The position numbers were made by a program, and so were the translations under genes. A DNA stretch of 64,000 nt from Eledone cirrhosa (Eukaryota): positions 364,746,001 through 364,810,000 of the forward strand of contig OZ024742.1 in assembly GCA_964016885.1 (NCBI GenBank), given 5' to 3'. Numbering within the stretch: the stretch's first letter is position 1; every line of letters begins with the position of its first letter. Under the pieces are notes generated by a model. It saw only the letters and a program-made list of their open reading frames with translations. It was not told where the DNA came from and made no database searches. This document shows, piece after piece, positions 1 through 11,940 of the stretch.

Positions 1-16
1 TTATTCAGAGTAATAA

Positions 17-202
17 GGGCAGTGGTTTGGCAGTATCGGTAGAGCGTCAGACACCATGTTTTGCAGCATAGTTATGGCCCTTTGCGTTCTGAGTTCAAAT
101 CCGCCGAGGTTAACTTTGCTTTTCAACCTTACGAGGTCGATAAAATAAAGTCCCAGTGGTGCACTGGTGTAATCGCTGGCCTTGTGCCAAAAGTAGAAAC
201 AA
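17..202 (+). mobile_element. tRNA-derived SINE (family A), first of a tandem pair
   Basis: A-box TGGCAGTATCGGTAGAGCG, B-box GAGTTCAAATCC, central GCTTTTCAACCTTACGAGGTCGATAAAATAAAG, tail GCTGGCCTTGTGCCAAAAGTAGAAACAA; many similar copies in the window. Confidence 0.85.
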
Positions 203-395
203 GGGCGGTGGATTGGTAGTATCGGTAGAGGGTCGGACGCCATGATTTTCAGCAAAGAGTTACGGACCTTTATGGTCTGAGTTCAAATCCCGCCGAGGTT
301 AACTTTGCCTTTCATCCTTACGGGGTCGATAAAATAAAGTACCAGTAATACACTGGTTTAATTGCTAGCCTTGTGCCAAAAGTAGAAACAATTAT
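203..395 (+). mobile_element. tRNA-derived SINE (family A), second of the tandem pair
   Basis: Same A/B boxes, central domain and tail, ending in ATTATT. Confidence 0.85.
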
Positions 396-932
396 TTATT
401 CAAAGTAATCCAACTTATTTTACAAACGGGATAAAAAAATATATTCTGGACGCAGTGCCGCGCTACTTACTTTATTTTAGTTTAGATGGAGTAAATGAAG
501 GATAAGGTTTTCTTAAAAGCCGGTACAATAACGGTTGGAAATACGAAGGGCAAATAATGGTAAATGAAAGATTTGAGCACTCGTCTCTGACTGATTCTGT
601 GTTGGAAATATATATCGGGATTGCTATAGAAGCTATCATTTGCTAAATATGTGTTAATTATTTTACATTATATCACTTTAAAATCATCCGCGTATAAAAT
701 AAGTATATTAAATCTGATTGTCCTATGTATTTGTTTTTATTATTCCTATTTACGATCAATTTTATCTTTTAAAAACGATAGTTTATCATAAAAATGGCTT
801 CAGTATATATTCCTGTTGTATATTTCATATCAAGTCCAGATAAACATATTATGCTACTTATCATATATTTTAATACACTATTATTTATATATCAGGATTA
901 TTAGTATCTTTAATCTTCTCACAATCATAATA

Positions 933-983
<51 letters not shown>

Positions 984-1093
984 TTCAATTTTCTCTGTAT
1001 ATGTGCGTATGCGTATATAATTAACTCTCTTTTAAGCGTGAAACTAATAAGACAGTATGTCAATGCATCCTCTTGTTTGATTCTTGTATACTT

Positions 1094-1192
<99 letters not shown>

Positions 1193-1215
1193 AGGGAGAG
1201 GGAGGGAGAGAGAGA
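933..1215. repeat. (CT)n/(CA)n and (TA)n/(GA)n microsatellites
   Basis: Visible dinucleotide tracts at about 933-981 and 1097-1215. Confidence 0.9.
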
Positions 1216-1340
1216 AAGTGGAATTGGAAACAGCACGGAGAATATATTTGAGGAATCTGTTTTTCTTTTTCATTTTTGGATCCGACAAATTAAAGTTAAA
1301 CAATTTAAAAAACATTTATAATGCATCTAAAATATATAAA

Positions 1341-1531
1341 ATAATTGTTTCTACTTTTGGCACAAGGCCAGCAATTACCGCAGTGTATTACTGCTACTTT
1401 AATTTATCGACCCCGTAAGGATGAAAGGCAAAGTTAACCTTTGGCGGGATTTGAACTCAGATCATAAAGGGCTGTAACTATATGCTCTCAACCATGGCGT
1501 CCGACCCTCTACCGATACGGCCAATCCACCA
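1341..1531 (-). mobile_element. SINE family A
   Basis: Reverse complement of the 17-202 consensus (TGTTTCTACTTTTGGCACAAGGCCAGC ... GGATTTGAACTCAG ... CTCTACCGATACGGCCAATCCAC). Confidence 0.85.
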
Positions 1532-1943
1532 CAGTGAATATATAAAATAATACTGGTTTCAATGTATCAGTGTAATCCATCTTATCAAATATTGAATGTT
1601 ACAAGTAAAAAGAATTAAAAATGAATTAAAATGTTAAATTCAAAATGAAATGTTGAAGGTCTGTTCATCTGTTTTGTTGCGAAGAAGACTGGGTCTAAAA
1701 TGGAACTTTATATATATAGCGAGAGGGATAGCTATTTGTAGAAGTAGTTGTGGTGGTAGTTGTGTCTTTTCACAGAAAAAAATATTTTTATAGAGAAATA
1801 TCAGCGATATACATACAGACACACACAAATATATATATATATGCATATAAGCAGAAGGGTTATTCAATTTGTTGGTAATTCAACAAATATAAATGTTTAT
1901 AATTGATTCAGAGCACTTGACAGCTTTTCGGGAGTATAATATT

Positions 1944-2154
1944 CAATGATATTAAATAAATGGAAACTATATTTATAAAACCATATTTATTCTATTATAT
2001 ATATTTCAAGGGTACCAAAACTTTGGTTCCCTATCATCAGATAAAATATTATTTTATCTGATGATAGGGAACCAAAGTTTTGGTACCCTTGAAATATATA
2101 TAATAGAATAAATATGGTTTTATATATATAGTTTCCATTTATTTAATATCATTG
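1944..2154. mobile_element. Palindromic Penelope-type terminal-repeat remnant
   Basis: About 105-bp arms with one visible mismatch, centre at 2049; contains a hammerhead motif and abuts (TA)n. Confidence 0.75.
2051..2109 (+). ncRNA. Type I hammerhead ribozyme motif (mirror copy on the minus strand at about 1989-2047)
   Basis: AUUUUAU-CUGAUGA-U-AGGGAACCAAA[GU]UUUGGUACCCU-U-GAAA-UAUAUA-UA^AUAGAAU; stems I and II pair, stem III is a short palindrome. Confidence 0.75.
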
Positions 2155-2552
2155 TATATATATATATATATATATGCATGGAGAGAGAGAGAGTGAATGA
2201 GAGATCAACGCACATGCACACACACAAACACATATATATAAGTGTGTGTGTGTGTGTGCATATATATATATATGCTCGCGCATATATGAATATGTGTGTA
2301 TTGCTTGATGAATCTATCAATATCTCTCCACGGACCAAACATGCCAATAAGAGAACATAGTGGAAAAAGGGGAACTGTAAATGTCGGTGGTGGTGGCAGT
2401 AACTTTATTCTACCATTCAATGGAGAACATATTGAGAATAAATATAAACGTATGAATAATTTGTCACGGGGTAATAAGATTTCATGCTGTTCGTTTATAT
2501 AATATAAACAAGCATTGTCCTTTAGCGAAAATGTGTTCTTTTGTCTTTTAGT

Positions 2553-2715
2553 AGTATTGGTAGAGCGTCGGACGACATGCTTTACGGCTCTTTATGTACT
2601 GTGTTCAAATCCCGTCAAGGTTATCTTTGTCTTTCATCTTTGAGGGGTCGATAAAATAAAGTACCAGTAACGCATTGGGTAATTGCTGGCCTTGTACCAA
2701 AAGTAGAAACAATTA
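2553..2715 (+). mobile_element. SINE family A
   Basis: GGTAGAGCGTCGGAC ... GTTCAAATCCC ... GGTCGATAAAATAAAGTACCAG ... GCTGGCCTTGTACCAAAAGTAGAAAC. Confidence 0.8.
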
Positions 2716-3067
2716 TCATTATTGTATTTTGAATTAATAATGATTTCTTTATTAACCATAAGGGTGTACATAAAGTAGACATTAAGGACAGTGCAGGACA
2801 ATACAGGGCGGTACAAATGGGCATTTCTGCGTGTAAAAAACAAAAACAGAGGATGTAACAAAAAAATAACAATGAAAAATTCCCCAATAGGGGGGAGACT
2901 TCGGAGGGACATTTGTGGAGAAAGCCCATTAAAAGGCCACAGTGACCCTGACCACCAGGGCAAGTGCCCTCTCACAGTTTTCCACCTTTAATTTACAGAC
3001 ACATACTCAGAGTAGGCCTATTCACTCGGGCCATTCTTGCTTCTCTCACCCATCTTTCAACAAAATG

Positions 3068-6000
3068 CTAGGAAGAGAGCACTTCCCGCTCTACTCTGAT
3101 TTTCCTTTTCAAATGAAATTTGAAAAAGTCAATCAGGGCATCACCGAAGAGGTAAGTGCTCGTCTTCAGCCCTTTCAAACGTGTCCACCATACTATCTCT
3201 TTCGCCATGGCCACCAGACAGATAAAAGCTGCCTGCCCTTCCCGGCTAAAGGAAGAGGGCAAGGCAATCCTCACGATGGACTCGGGTGATAGGAGGATCC
3301 GTCCTACACGTGACAGCAGGTGTTCGACATAAACCCACAAGTCAGCAATTCTCGGACACTGGACAAGTGCGTGCAGGACGGTTTCGTCGCCCTGCGCGCA
3401 TCTCGGACATGCCCGGCTGACGGCACCTCCATGCCAGTAGAGTTTATCCCGAACTGGCAAGGCTCCTCGGTAGCACTGCCAAGCCAGTGATTTCTGGAAG
3501 TTGTCCATAGGCCCCGGCCCGAAATTTCTTCCGAAGAGATTGGCTAGTTGATTTTCGTCGAGGCCTAGATTTTCCCCAAGTACGTCGTCGCTCTTCCCCT
3601 CCACTAATACTCTATAGAACGCCGAGATGGGGTTTCCACCGATCACATTTTCCGATTGGTCGAGGGCTGTGAGCGCCTGAAGACATTCCAGTCTCCAAGC
3701 GCTCCCTCTCCATCTTCGCTTGACCCTGGACTGCAGCTCCTTCAAGGAAACGAGCTGGGGAAAGATTCGTCTAGCAAACGCCGACCACACCTGATCACCG
3801 TCGAGGAAGAGGTGGAGATGTAGCCTGAGCGCGTGTCTGCACATCATCAGCCACGGCATGCCCAGCTCTCCACGTAGCGGGTGTTGACAGCAGATGGACC
3901 GCCTGACCATCGGAGCGCGTCCCTTCCACAAAAGCGAAAGAGCAAACGCTCCAGCGCAGTCAGGCGGGGCTTAGGACAAGGTACGACGGTCAGGTGGTAG
4001 CAGATGATGGACGCGATGTACGCGTTAGCCACCTCCGCTCGACCTTTCAGGGATAGCTTCCACTCCCCCCATTTCTGGGTGAGAGAAGCCACCCTGCTCG
4101 TCACTTCGTCCCAGTTTTTGTCCGTCTGGAGGTCCGGACCGGACCAGACCCCTAGCAATTTAACCGGTCCGTCCGTCCAGCGCCCGACAACGCCGTTCGA
4201 CGGCATGGACCTGCCTCTCCAGGTGCCGAGCTGCAGGCCCACTGACTTTTCCTGTTTGATCATTGCTCCTGTCACCGCTTCGTATTCTCTTAGTGTAGTG
4301 CCGATCGCCTCGATGTGTTTGGTGTTCGACACCACTACGGTGACATCATCCGCATATGCTGACACGGATCTTCCGCATCCTAGTTTGCGCGGGACGCCCC
4401 TCAACGTCTCCAGTTTGTGCAGTAACGGCTCGAGAGTCAATACGTACAGGAGGGAGGGACGAGAGGGGACAACCTTGGTGGACCGAGCGCATGATGTTGA
4501 ACGGTTCTGAATGGTGACCGTTCAGTCTCACCACAGAAGAGCAAATGTCGCTGTGCATGGCAGCGATACAGCCTCTGAAAGCGGGCCCAAAGCCAGCCGC
4601 CTTCAGGACTGCCGCCAGGTAACGATGGTCGACCCTATCGAAAGCTTTCGACTGATCTAAATTTATCAAGGACCCACCCGTGCCAGGTTCCCTAGCTACC
4701 CTCTCTACGATGTATCGCATGAGGTGGAGGTTGTCGTGGATGGATCTGTCGTGAATGGCGCACGTCTGCGCCTCTCCCACCAGACCACCAACGACAAGCG
4801 CCCACCTCTTTGCTAGCACCTTGGCCAAAATCTTGAACTCTGTGTTTAGCAGAGTTATGGGCCTGAAATTATCTATGTTATCCCCCTTGTTCGGATCCTT
4901 TCTCAGCAGCGCCACCGCTGGCAATTCTCTCGTTCTGTTGCTAGTTGCAGTAGACGTCCGCCAAGAGGCCTCCGAACAAGTCTGGCATCTGTACGTAAAG
5001 TTCATAGGGCAGACCATCCAAACCAGGAGATTTACCCCTTGTGCAGCCAGTCATTTCCTCCCGTACTTCAGTGGCTGTTATCGGCTTTTCGCAACACTCC
5101 GCCTCAGTGGCCGAGAGCCGCGGCAGTCCGTCGAGGTAGACACTAAAGTCCATCCTTCGATCCGGCCCGGCGCTGCCCCCGAACAGTTGTGCGAAGTGTC
5201 ACTGAAAAGCTTCACACATTTGCCCGGGATCGAGTAGCATGCGCCCGTCGTGGTCCACCAAAGAGCGGATCGTGGTTTTGTTGCCACGACGCGCCTCCTC
5301 CACTCGGGCCCATTGAACGGATTTCGTACCCTCGTGTATGAGAGCACGCACCCTAGCTCTGACAACGCAGCCTTCGTGCTTTGCATTGAAGTATTGGTCA
5401 AGGGCCAATTTCGCCGCAAGTACGTCGGTCGCGATGCCTTTGCTAAGCGCCTCGTCTAGTTTCTAACTAGTTCTCCTTCTGCTCTATTTTTCTCTATTGC
5501 TAAAGCCTTACTAAACCTAATGGACTCTATTCTAATTGCTCTTTTCAGAGCAAACCACCACTTGTTGTTGACGATGGCCCCCGTCAACGCCCGCTTAACT
5601 AGTTCGCTAATCCGGTCTCTGTAGGCCTTGCGCGCTGGTAAGGACGCGTTTAGCTTCCAGTAGCAGGGTCCTCGTCTATGAAGCCTATCTAAGTCAAGCA
5701 CACAGATCACGAATTTGTGGTCCGTGTAGCTGACTATCTTGAATTGTGGACAGCCTATGCTAGACCTATCTATTTCCCTAAAAAATACTCTATCTAGATA
5801 TGATCTGGATGACCCTATGCTATTTGTCCAAGTCCACATTGGCACATTCGGGAAATCCAATCGGTACCTGTCAGACAGTTGAAAACGCCTGAGCAGGTTG
5901 GTGAGGCTCTTGCAGCTTCCTCCCCTATCTGCTAATCCCACACAGTCCCAGCGTGCCTCTAAGATCCCGTTCCAGTCGCCCACTAACACTAAAGAGCGGG

Positions 6001-6420
6001 ACGTTCCAAGAAAGGTCTCCAGACGCCGGAAGAAATCAGGCCGCCCTGCTCCTGTCAGGGCATAGACGGCCACTAGCCTGAAAGCTTGCCCGTCTCCGCT
6101 TGTCACGTCCAGCACCACAAACTTACCTTCTGGGTCCAAGAAGATGGCCCGTATGGCGAGATCCAAACCTCTCCGAAAAAGCATAGCAACTCCTCCCCTA
6201 ATCCAGAACGACTGGGAGATGCGAACACATCGTAGCTGCCGAAGATCGGTACGAAGGCCCGTTCTTCGGAGATTCTGGTCTCGCTGATGGCCACTCCATC
6301 TATGTTTAGTGACCTGAGGTCGTTGAGCAGGTGGCCCTGCTTCTATGACGACCCCAAGCCACGCGCATTTATGCTGCCTATTCTGAGTGAGGTGATGTTG
6401 AAATGGAGTGGAAAAGATGG
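3068..6420 (-). pseudogene. Tx1-like ORF2 (AP endonuclease + reverse transcriptase + C-terminal zinc finger), frameshifted
   Basis: APE motifs LRIGSINARGL, AISETR, LVGDWNG, SYLDRVF, TDHK; RT motifs GKSPGLDGLP, NFRPITLLNTEFKILAK, LDQSKAFDRVDH, QGCPLS, AYADDVT; CPRC..ETVLHALVQC; split over several frames. Confidence 0.92.
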
Positions 6421-6841
6421 GAAAGACCACTTACCCTATTCTCGTAGAGGAAGGATGGTTTCTCCATCCCTTTTCCCTTGATCGTCTGGTGAAGGGACCG
6501 TTGAATCGTCCCTTCGGCTGGTCGTCGGCTCTTCTATGAGTATATCCTAATATACTCTCCGGTTGAGAGTCCTTCCTAGGTCTCTGAAATCACCAACTGC
6601 GTTGGGGAATTTCGTTTTAATGTTTGTGTATTGTTTCTGTGCTATTCTTACCAGTCTTATATTCGTTGGTGTTTTGATTGGTGCTGGTATTATGTAGTCG
6701 TGCTGTGAAATGTCTGTGTGTTCAATTATGTAAGTCATTAGTTTCTTGTTGTGTGTATTTATTGCCGTGCATTTGTTTTTCTGTGGGTGGGGTGTGGTTC
6801 TGCTATTTTCTTGTCGTTGTTGCTGGGTGTGTGTGTTTTGT

Positions 6842-8416
6842 TTATGTTTGCGATGTTGGTGCTTGTGATGGTGGTGTTGAAGGTGTTGTTGTTGTTGGCG
6901 GTGGGATTGTCGCCGGTGGTGATGGTGGTGCTAGTGTGGGTGGAGATGGTGTTGGTGGTGTTGCTGCTGTAAGTCTCTTTGCAGTAGCCTTTACCCTTTT
7001 TTCATTTCTTTCCTCCCTTTTCGAAGGCGACGATGCGCTGCTTCTGCGTTTGTGCCTTCTTGCGACCTTTTGCCATCCCTCACCCACCTCACACTCCATA
7101 TCTGATTCTGTGAGGTCGGGGAGGGGTACCAGCTCCACTCTTTCACTTGTTCTTGTTTGTGATGGTTGCAGTGGAGTCTCTGTTGCAGCTGCAGTTGGTA
7201 TTACTGTTGTTGTTGTTAATACTTCCACTGCTGCTGCTGTTCTTGATTTCGGTGGCGTGGGTATGGGTGCCACGGACCTATCCCTCGTGCTTGCCGCCTG
7301 TCCTGTTGCTGGTAGCAGTGGAACCGGTTTCGGAAGGAGGGGGGGGTTCTCCTTTCTCAGGGTCTTCTCATTGCAGAAGGCTCTGAGGTGAGTATTCGAC
7401 CCACAGCGAAAGCATTTCGGGCGTTTGCCCTCAACACTTATGGGCAGTTGAGTGCCGTTATCGAAATCTATCACATCCGGGATAGCTTCGATGCACTCCT
7501 GATTGGTTTGGATTAACATCTCAATGGAGGTGCCGACCCAATCTTCTCGTACTTTTTTCTGTACTTGCAGTACAGTTGTTTTGTCCTCGATTCCGACGAA
7601 GACAGACACGGCCAGCCAAGAAGGGGCCATCCCGGGGGAGGGGGGGAGGGGGGCGTGGGTCAGTTTGACCCTCACAATATTTTGCCCGCAGTAGGAGGGC
7701 ACCAACACCATTTCCTCGCTCCTTAGGGTCACTAAGGATTGAGCCTTTGCCTCCTGGGGTGTGGCAAAAAGCACGTCCACGGTGGCATATTTCTTGCCTC
7801 GGGTGATATGCGTTTTCCGCTGCCACACAGACCCTAAGGCTTTTTGTATTTGAGCCTCTGTGGCTCGTTCAACCCTACGGGATTTTGTGCTTACTGTACG
7901 GTACGTGATGGTACAGTGCTGTTGGGTTTCGAAAAAAATTTCGGCTGCCTTGCAGATTGCTCGGTGTCCGGTTTTCGTCACCATCTTCTTTGCTTCCTGT
8001 AATTTATCATTTGTTATGAGGATGGTTTCCAGGTTCTTTGCGATACCTGCAAACGAGATTGGTTTTTCTTTCTTGTTGTTGTTGTTGTTGTTGTCGTCGT
8101 CAGAGCTGCTGTTACTTTTGTTGTTGCTGCTGGTAGTACGACTGCCGCCGCCGCTGTTGCTGTGGTGGTTGTTGTTGTTGCTGCTGCTGCTGTTGTTGTT
8201 GTTGTTGTTGCTGCTGCTGCTGCTGCTGTTGTTGTTTATGCTGCTGCTGATGCTGTTGCGGCTGCTACTATTGTTTTCCTTGTCACTGTTGCTACTGCTG
8301 CTGTTATTACGGCTGCTACTGCTATTATTCACGACGTCAGACGAATGAAATGGCTTTCCGTATTTACCGCCCACATTTTTCGTCGTCGTCGTGGAGAAAT
8401 GTTCCTTGGTTTGCAC
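6842..8416 (-). CDS. Tx1-like ORF1 (gag-like nucleic-acid-binding protein)
   Basis: 524-aa ORF with CFRCGSNTHLRAFC (CX2CX4HX4C), upstream of ORF2; Ser/Asn-rich N-terminus and Pro/Thr-rich C-terminus. Confidence 0.8.
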   Translation of the reverse strand: MQTKEHFSTTTTKNVGGKYGKPFHSSDVVNNSSSSRNNSSSSNSDKENNSSSRNSISSSINNNSSSSSSNNNNNNSSSSNNNNHHSNSGGGSRTTSSNNKSNSSSDDDNNNNNNKKEKPISFAGIAKNLETILITNDKLQEAKKMVTKTGHRAICKAAEIFFETQQHCTITYRTVSTKSRRVERATEAQIQKALGSVWQRKTHITRGKKYATVDVLFATPQEAKAQSLVTLRSEEMVLVPSYCGQNIVRVKLTHAPLPPSPGMAPSWLAVSVFVGIEDKTTVLQVQKKVREDWVGTSIEMLIQTNQECIEAIPDVIDFDNGTQLPISVEGKRPKCFRCGSNTHLRAFCNEKTLRKENPPLLPKPVPLLPATGQAASTRDRSVAPIPTPPKSRTAAAVEVLTTTTVIPTAAATETPLQPSQTRTSERVELVPLPDLTESDMECEVGEGWQKVARRHKRRSSASSPSKREERNEKRVKATAKRLTAATPPTPSPPTLAPPSPPATIPPPTTTTPSTPPSQAPTSQT

Positions 8417-8861
8417 GTGCTCTTGGAAACTATCAGAAACTATATTTTACTTTTTCTTTACTGGCGTCGCTTGCGAAAGAGAAGGGAGGAAGAGAGACAC
8501 ATTTAGAGAAGGGAGGAAGAGAGACAATCTTCTCTCTGGTGTAGTGACGATTGAGGAAGAAGAAGACGGAATGAGTGGGAGTGACTTGTGAACATTCTTT
8601 TTTGTAGCCATGTTTTTTTTTGGTTTAAAATGAATATTGGGCACAAAACCCCAATAAGCGGTTATTTAACCCCGAAGGGTCAAATAACGGGCAGAAAGAC
8701 CCCTCTCACGAGGAAGAGGGTGTTTTTGTCTACAATTTGGTTAAAGTTTTAAACAATTTAGAATTGTTATAGCGGTTAAAAATTACTATACCTTACAGAG
8801 CCGAGCCTCCGTCAACCATGGCATTCAATAATAATAATAATAATAATGATGATAATCGTAA

Positions 8862-9769
8862 CAATAATAATGGTTTCTGTATTGGCCACAAGGGCCGACA
8901 TGTAGGTTACATTACAAAGACAGGGACAGTGGGGGTTTACAATAAGGTCGAGTAAAAGTGCACAATCGCGAGACTAATTTAACAATGAAGATATAAAAAT
9001 ATAAAATAAACTATGCATAAATATAACAAAATTCTCCTATACTTGGTAGAGGGCAGTGAGTGCCTGACATCATTCCAGGCGCCAGTCACCCAGTCTCGGT
9101 TTCCTCTTGACCCAGGACTGCAGCTCAGTCAAGAAACGAGCTGCGGAAAGGCCCGTCTGATAAACGGCGCCCACCCCTGTTCACCGTTTAGGCAGGATAT
9201 CTGGAGATGCCGCAGCCTGAGCGCATGTCTGCGCATCATTAGCCACGACATGCCCAGCCCTCCGCGTAGAGGGTACTGACAGTAGATGGACCGCCTCACC
9301 AACGGAACTTGTCCTGTCCACGAGAATTTGAAGAGGAGCCGTTCCAACTTGGTGAGACGTGGTGGGGCAAGGCACGATGGTCAGGCGGTAGTAGATGACG
9401 GACGCGATGTACGCATTCGCCACCTCCACGCGACCTTTCAGTGATAGCTTTATCGCGGCCTATTTTTGGGTGAGACTGGCTACCCTGCTCGTTACCTCGT
9501 CCCAATTTATTTCCACCTGGAGGTCTGGTCCGAATCAAACCCCGAGCAACTTTCCCGGCCCGTTCGTCCAGCGCCCCACGACGTTTTTGGACGGAATGGG
9601 TGCCTCTCCAGGTTCCGAGCACCGGGTTAAGTTTGGCTCCTGTCAACCTTTCATATTCCTTCAAATAGGTGCCAACCACCTCGATTTCTGAGGTGTCCGA
9701 CACCATGACGGTGGTGTCGTCCGCATAAGCCGACACAGCCTTTCCACGTCCCGGTTCGAGCGGGATGCC
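8862..9769 (-). mobile_element. 5'-truncated, internally deleted Tx1-like fragment of a related subfamily
   Basis: AVSAYADDTTVMV, EVANAYIASVIYYRLTIVPC and GGLGMSWLMMRRHALRL are homologous to 3800-4400; ends GGCCCTTGTGGCCAATACAGAAACC(ATT)n. Confidence 0.85.
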
Positions 9770-9779
9770 GTGTGTGTGT

Positions 9780-9877
<98 letters not shown>

Positions 9878-10130
9878 ATCTGTCTGTGTGAAACAGAAAG
9901 AGGGTGTTTGTAAATAAAATATATTTGTGGAAATCAAATTGAAATAGACGATCTAACGGTTGAAATTCCAAATGTCACTTCACATACACACACACACATA
10001 CACACATACACACATACACACACCGACACACATACACACATATACACACATACACACATACACATACACAGACACACACACAGACACACATACATACACA
10101 TACACATACATACACATACACATATATATG
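9770..10130. repeat. (GT)n and compound (CA/TA)n microsatellites
   Basis: Visible tracts at 9770-9875 and 9980-10130. Confidence 0.9.
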
Positions 10131-10944
10131 TGTTCTACAAACGCATGTATTCACAACGAAATACAAGTTCCCCACATACACACTTCACATTGGGTCACAC
10201 ACACACATATGCGCGAGCCCGCGCGTGTGTGCAGGTGTGTGGGTGCTGTGGTGTGTGTAGTGTAGTGTAGTGCAGGGGGGGGGGGGCTCGCGCGCGCGCG
10301 TGTGTGTGTAATAGTTCTGGCAAAAGTTACTTGAATATTTATCCACTGATGTTTCATTCACACTGAATAATATATCACCGCTGAATCTCACTGGCAATAA
10401 ATGTATATTCTTTTGTTGGTTGTAACAACACACACTCGTCTTTCAATGGGGATATACTGAATACTATAACAAACATTATGGCATGTTAAGAGCAACTTGA
10501 ACATTTTATTATAAAAAATAGCAGACTTTATACAAATTTATCCTAAAATTCTGCCGCGTTCGACGAAGAAATATTCACGTTATTGCAGAGTTTCTAGTCT
10601 ACACACTCTGGCACTAGACTTCATTCCAACTTGTCTGATTTCATACTTCTATTTACTCAATTTCTTTAATGATTAGTAAACATACAACAAAACAATATGT
10701 CGAAGTGTGATGTTAATATCTTTTGGAGAAGCATGTTGCACTAATGCAGACAGATGATCTTAGATGGAGAATAGAGATTTCTCAATACGGTTTTATGCAG
10801 AGAATCGCTTCAGGATTTATATATGGCGAGATGTGCTTCCTACACCTGCATGCTGGGTATTTATGCACGCAAATACATCCAGACAACCACATAGGAATAT
10901 ATACACATATCTGTCTATTTGAGTATTAATCAACGCCGCTCTTT

Positions 10945-11081
<137 letters not shown>

Positions 11082-11089
11082 TATTAAAT

Positions 11090-11232
11090 ATAAAAACATG
11101 GCTTCTACAGCTAGATCTGTTTCATTCGTATAAAAGTATCAGGAATACATTTATTACATATTGATGCTTTCACTCTAGTAATGTATTGAGTACCTTATTT
11201 ACTTTAATTACCCTGGATTTAACTCGGGATCT
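11090..11232. mobile_element. Penelope terminal-repeat remnant with a degenerate hammerhead (minus, 11103-11145)
   Basis: Minus strand UUC-CUGAUAC..GAAU-GAAA-CAG[AUCUAG]CUG-UA-GAA; tail ATGTATTGAGTACCTTA is shared with about 31842-31858. Confidence 0.5.
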
Positions 11233-11244
11233 ATATATATTAAT

Positions 11245-11472
11245 GTCCACCATCGGTGACTAACGACCATGGTTTTTTCACCTAGAATCTTTCCCCCCGG
11301 GGTTCAAGCCTGGGCATGGTTTGTTTGTGGAAGATCAGAAGGTGCCTATGTATACCAGCCCCCAGCCCCGCCCTCCTCATCCACTGAAGTTGTCAAAGGG
11401 AAAGGCAATGGCCGATACAGCTTGGAGACAGTGACGTCGCAACTTATTTCTACAGCTGAGTTAACTGGAGCA
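11245..11472 (-). mobile_element. 3' part of a second SINE-like family
   Basis: CAGCTGAGTTAACTGGAGCA resembles the CAGCTGAGTATACTGGAGCA core at about 25320; family assignment from memory only. Confidence 0.45.
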
Positions 11473-11842
11473 TTATATATACTTCTCTGCACCTTTCACA
11501 TTATTGAGGGTCTTTGACCATGTCAAATCTATATGTCCATGATACCCATCAGGAACATTGTGAGGACCGTGGCTCCTAATCCGACCGTTACTCGGTAGCC
11601 GGTTACCTAGAGACAGTCCATTCACCTTCCCCACAAGGATGAAGTGGTTACTACTTGAGAAGTTGTCATCTAAGTGAGGCCCATCTAGCCCGCCTTTGAA
11701 ATCACTTTCATCCTTCTACTACAAATATATCCAACCAAGACTGGCTACCAGTAATGAATGGCTTTCAACTCTCCTGAGTTCCTCTCACATTTATCATGTT
11801 TTGCTTTCCATCGCACAAGGTGTCAAACACTGACTCATCTCA

Positions 11843-11940
11843 TAATTGTTTCTAATTTTGGCACAAGGTCAGCAATTATCCCACTGGTACTTTATTTTAT
11901 CGACCCTGTAAGGATGAAATGCAAAGTTAACCAAAGTTAA
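11843..11940 (-). mobile_element. SINE family A, 3' fragment
   Basis: TTGTTTCTAATTTTGGCACAAGG ... TTTATTTTATCGACCC ... GGATGAAA. Confidence 0.75.

Larger units (their letters stand above)
2737..8827 (-). mobile_element. Near full-length Tx1/L1-clade non-LTR retrotransposon, decayed
   Basis: ORF1 with CCHC knuckle followed by APE-RT-zinc finger ORF2; 3' end AATAAAGAAATC-ATTATT; 5' end abuts (ATT)n at 8828. Confidence 0.88.

Noticed and set aside
17-110. tRNA gene
   Set aside because: A and B boxes are present but there is no proper cloverleaf, and the sequence continues into a repeated SINE body
6678-8506. Plus-strand Leu/Val-rich ORFs (also 22114-22668)
   Set aside because: Antisense shadows of low-complexity retroelement ORFs
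10205-10308. GC-rich inverted repeat GCGCGAGCCC/GGGCTCGCGC
   Set aside because: Only about 10 bp within CA/GT/CG microsatellite; not enough to call an element
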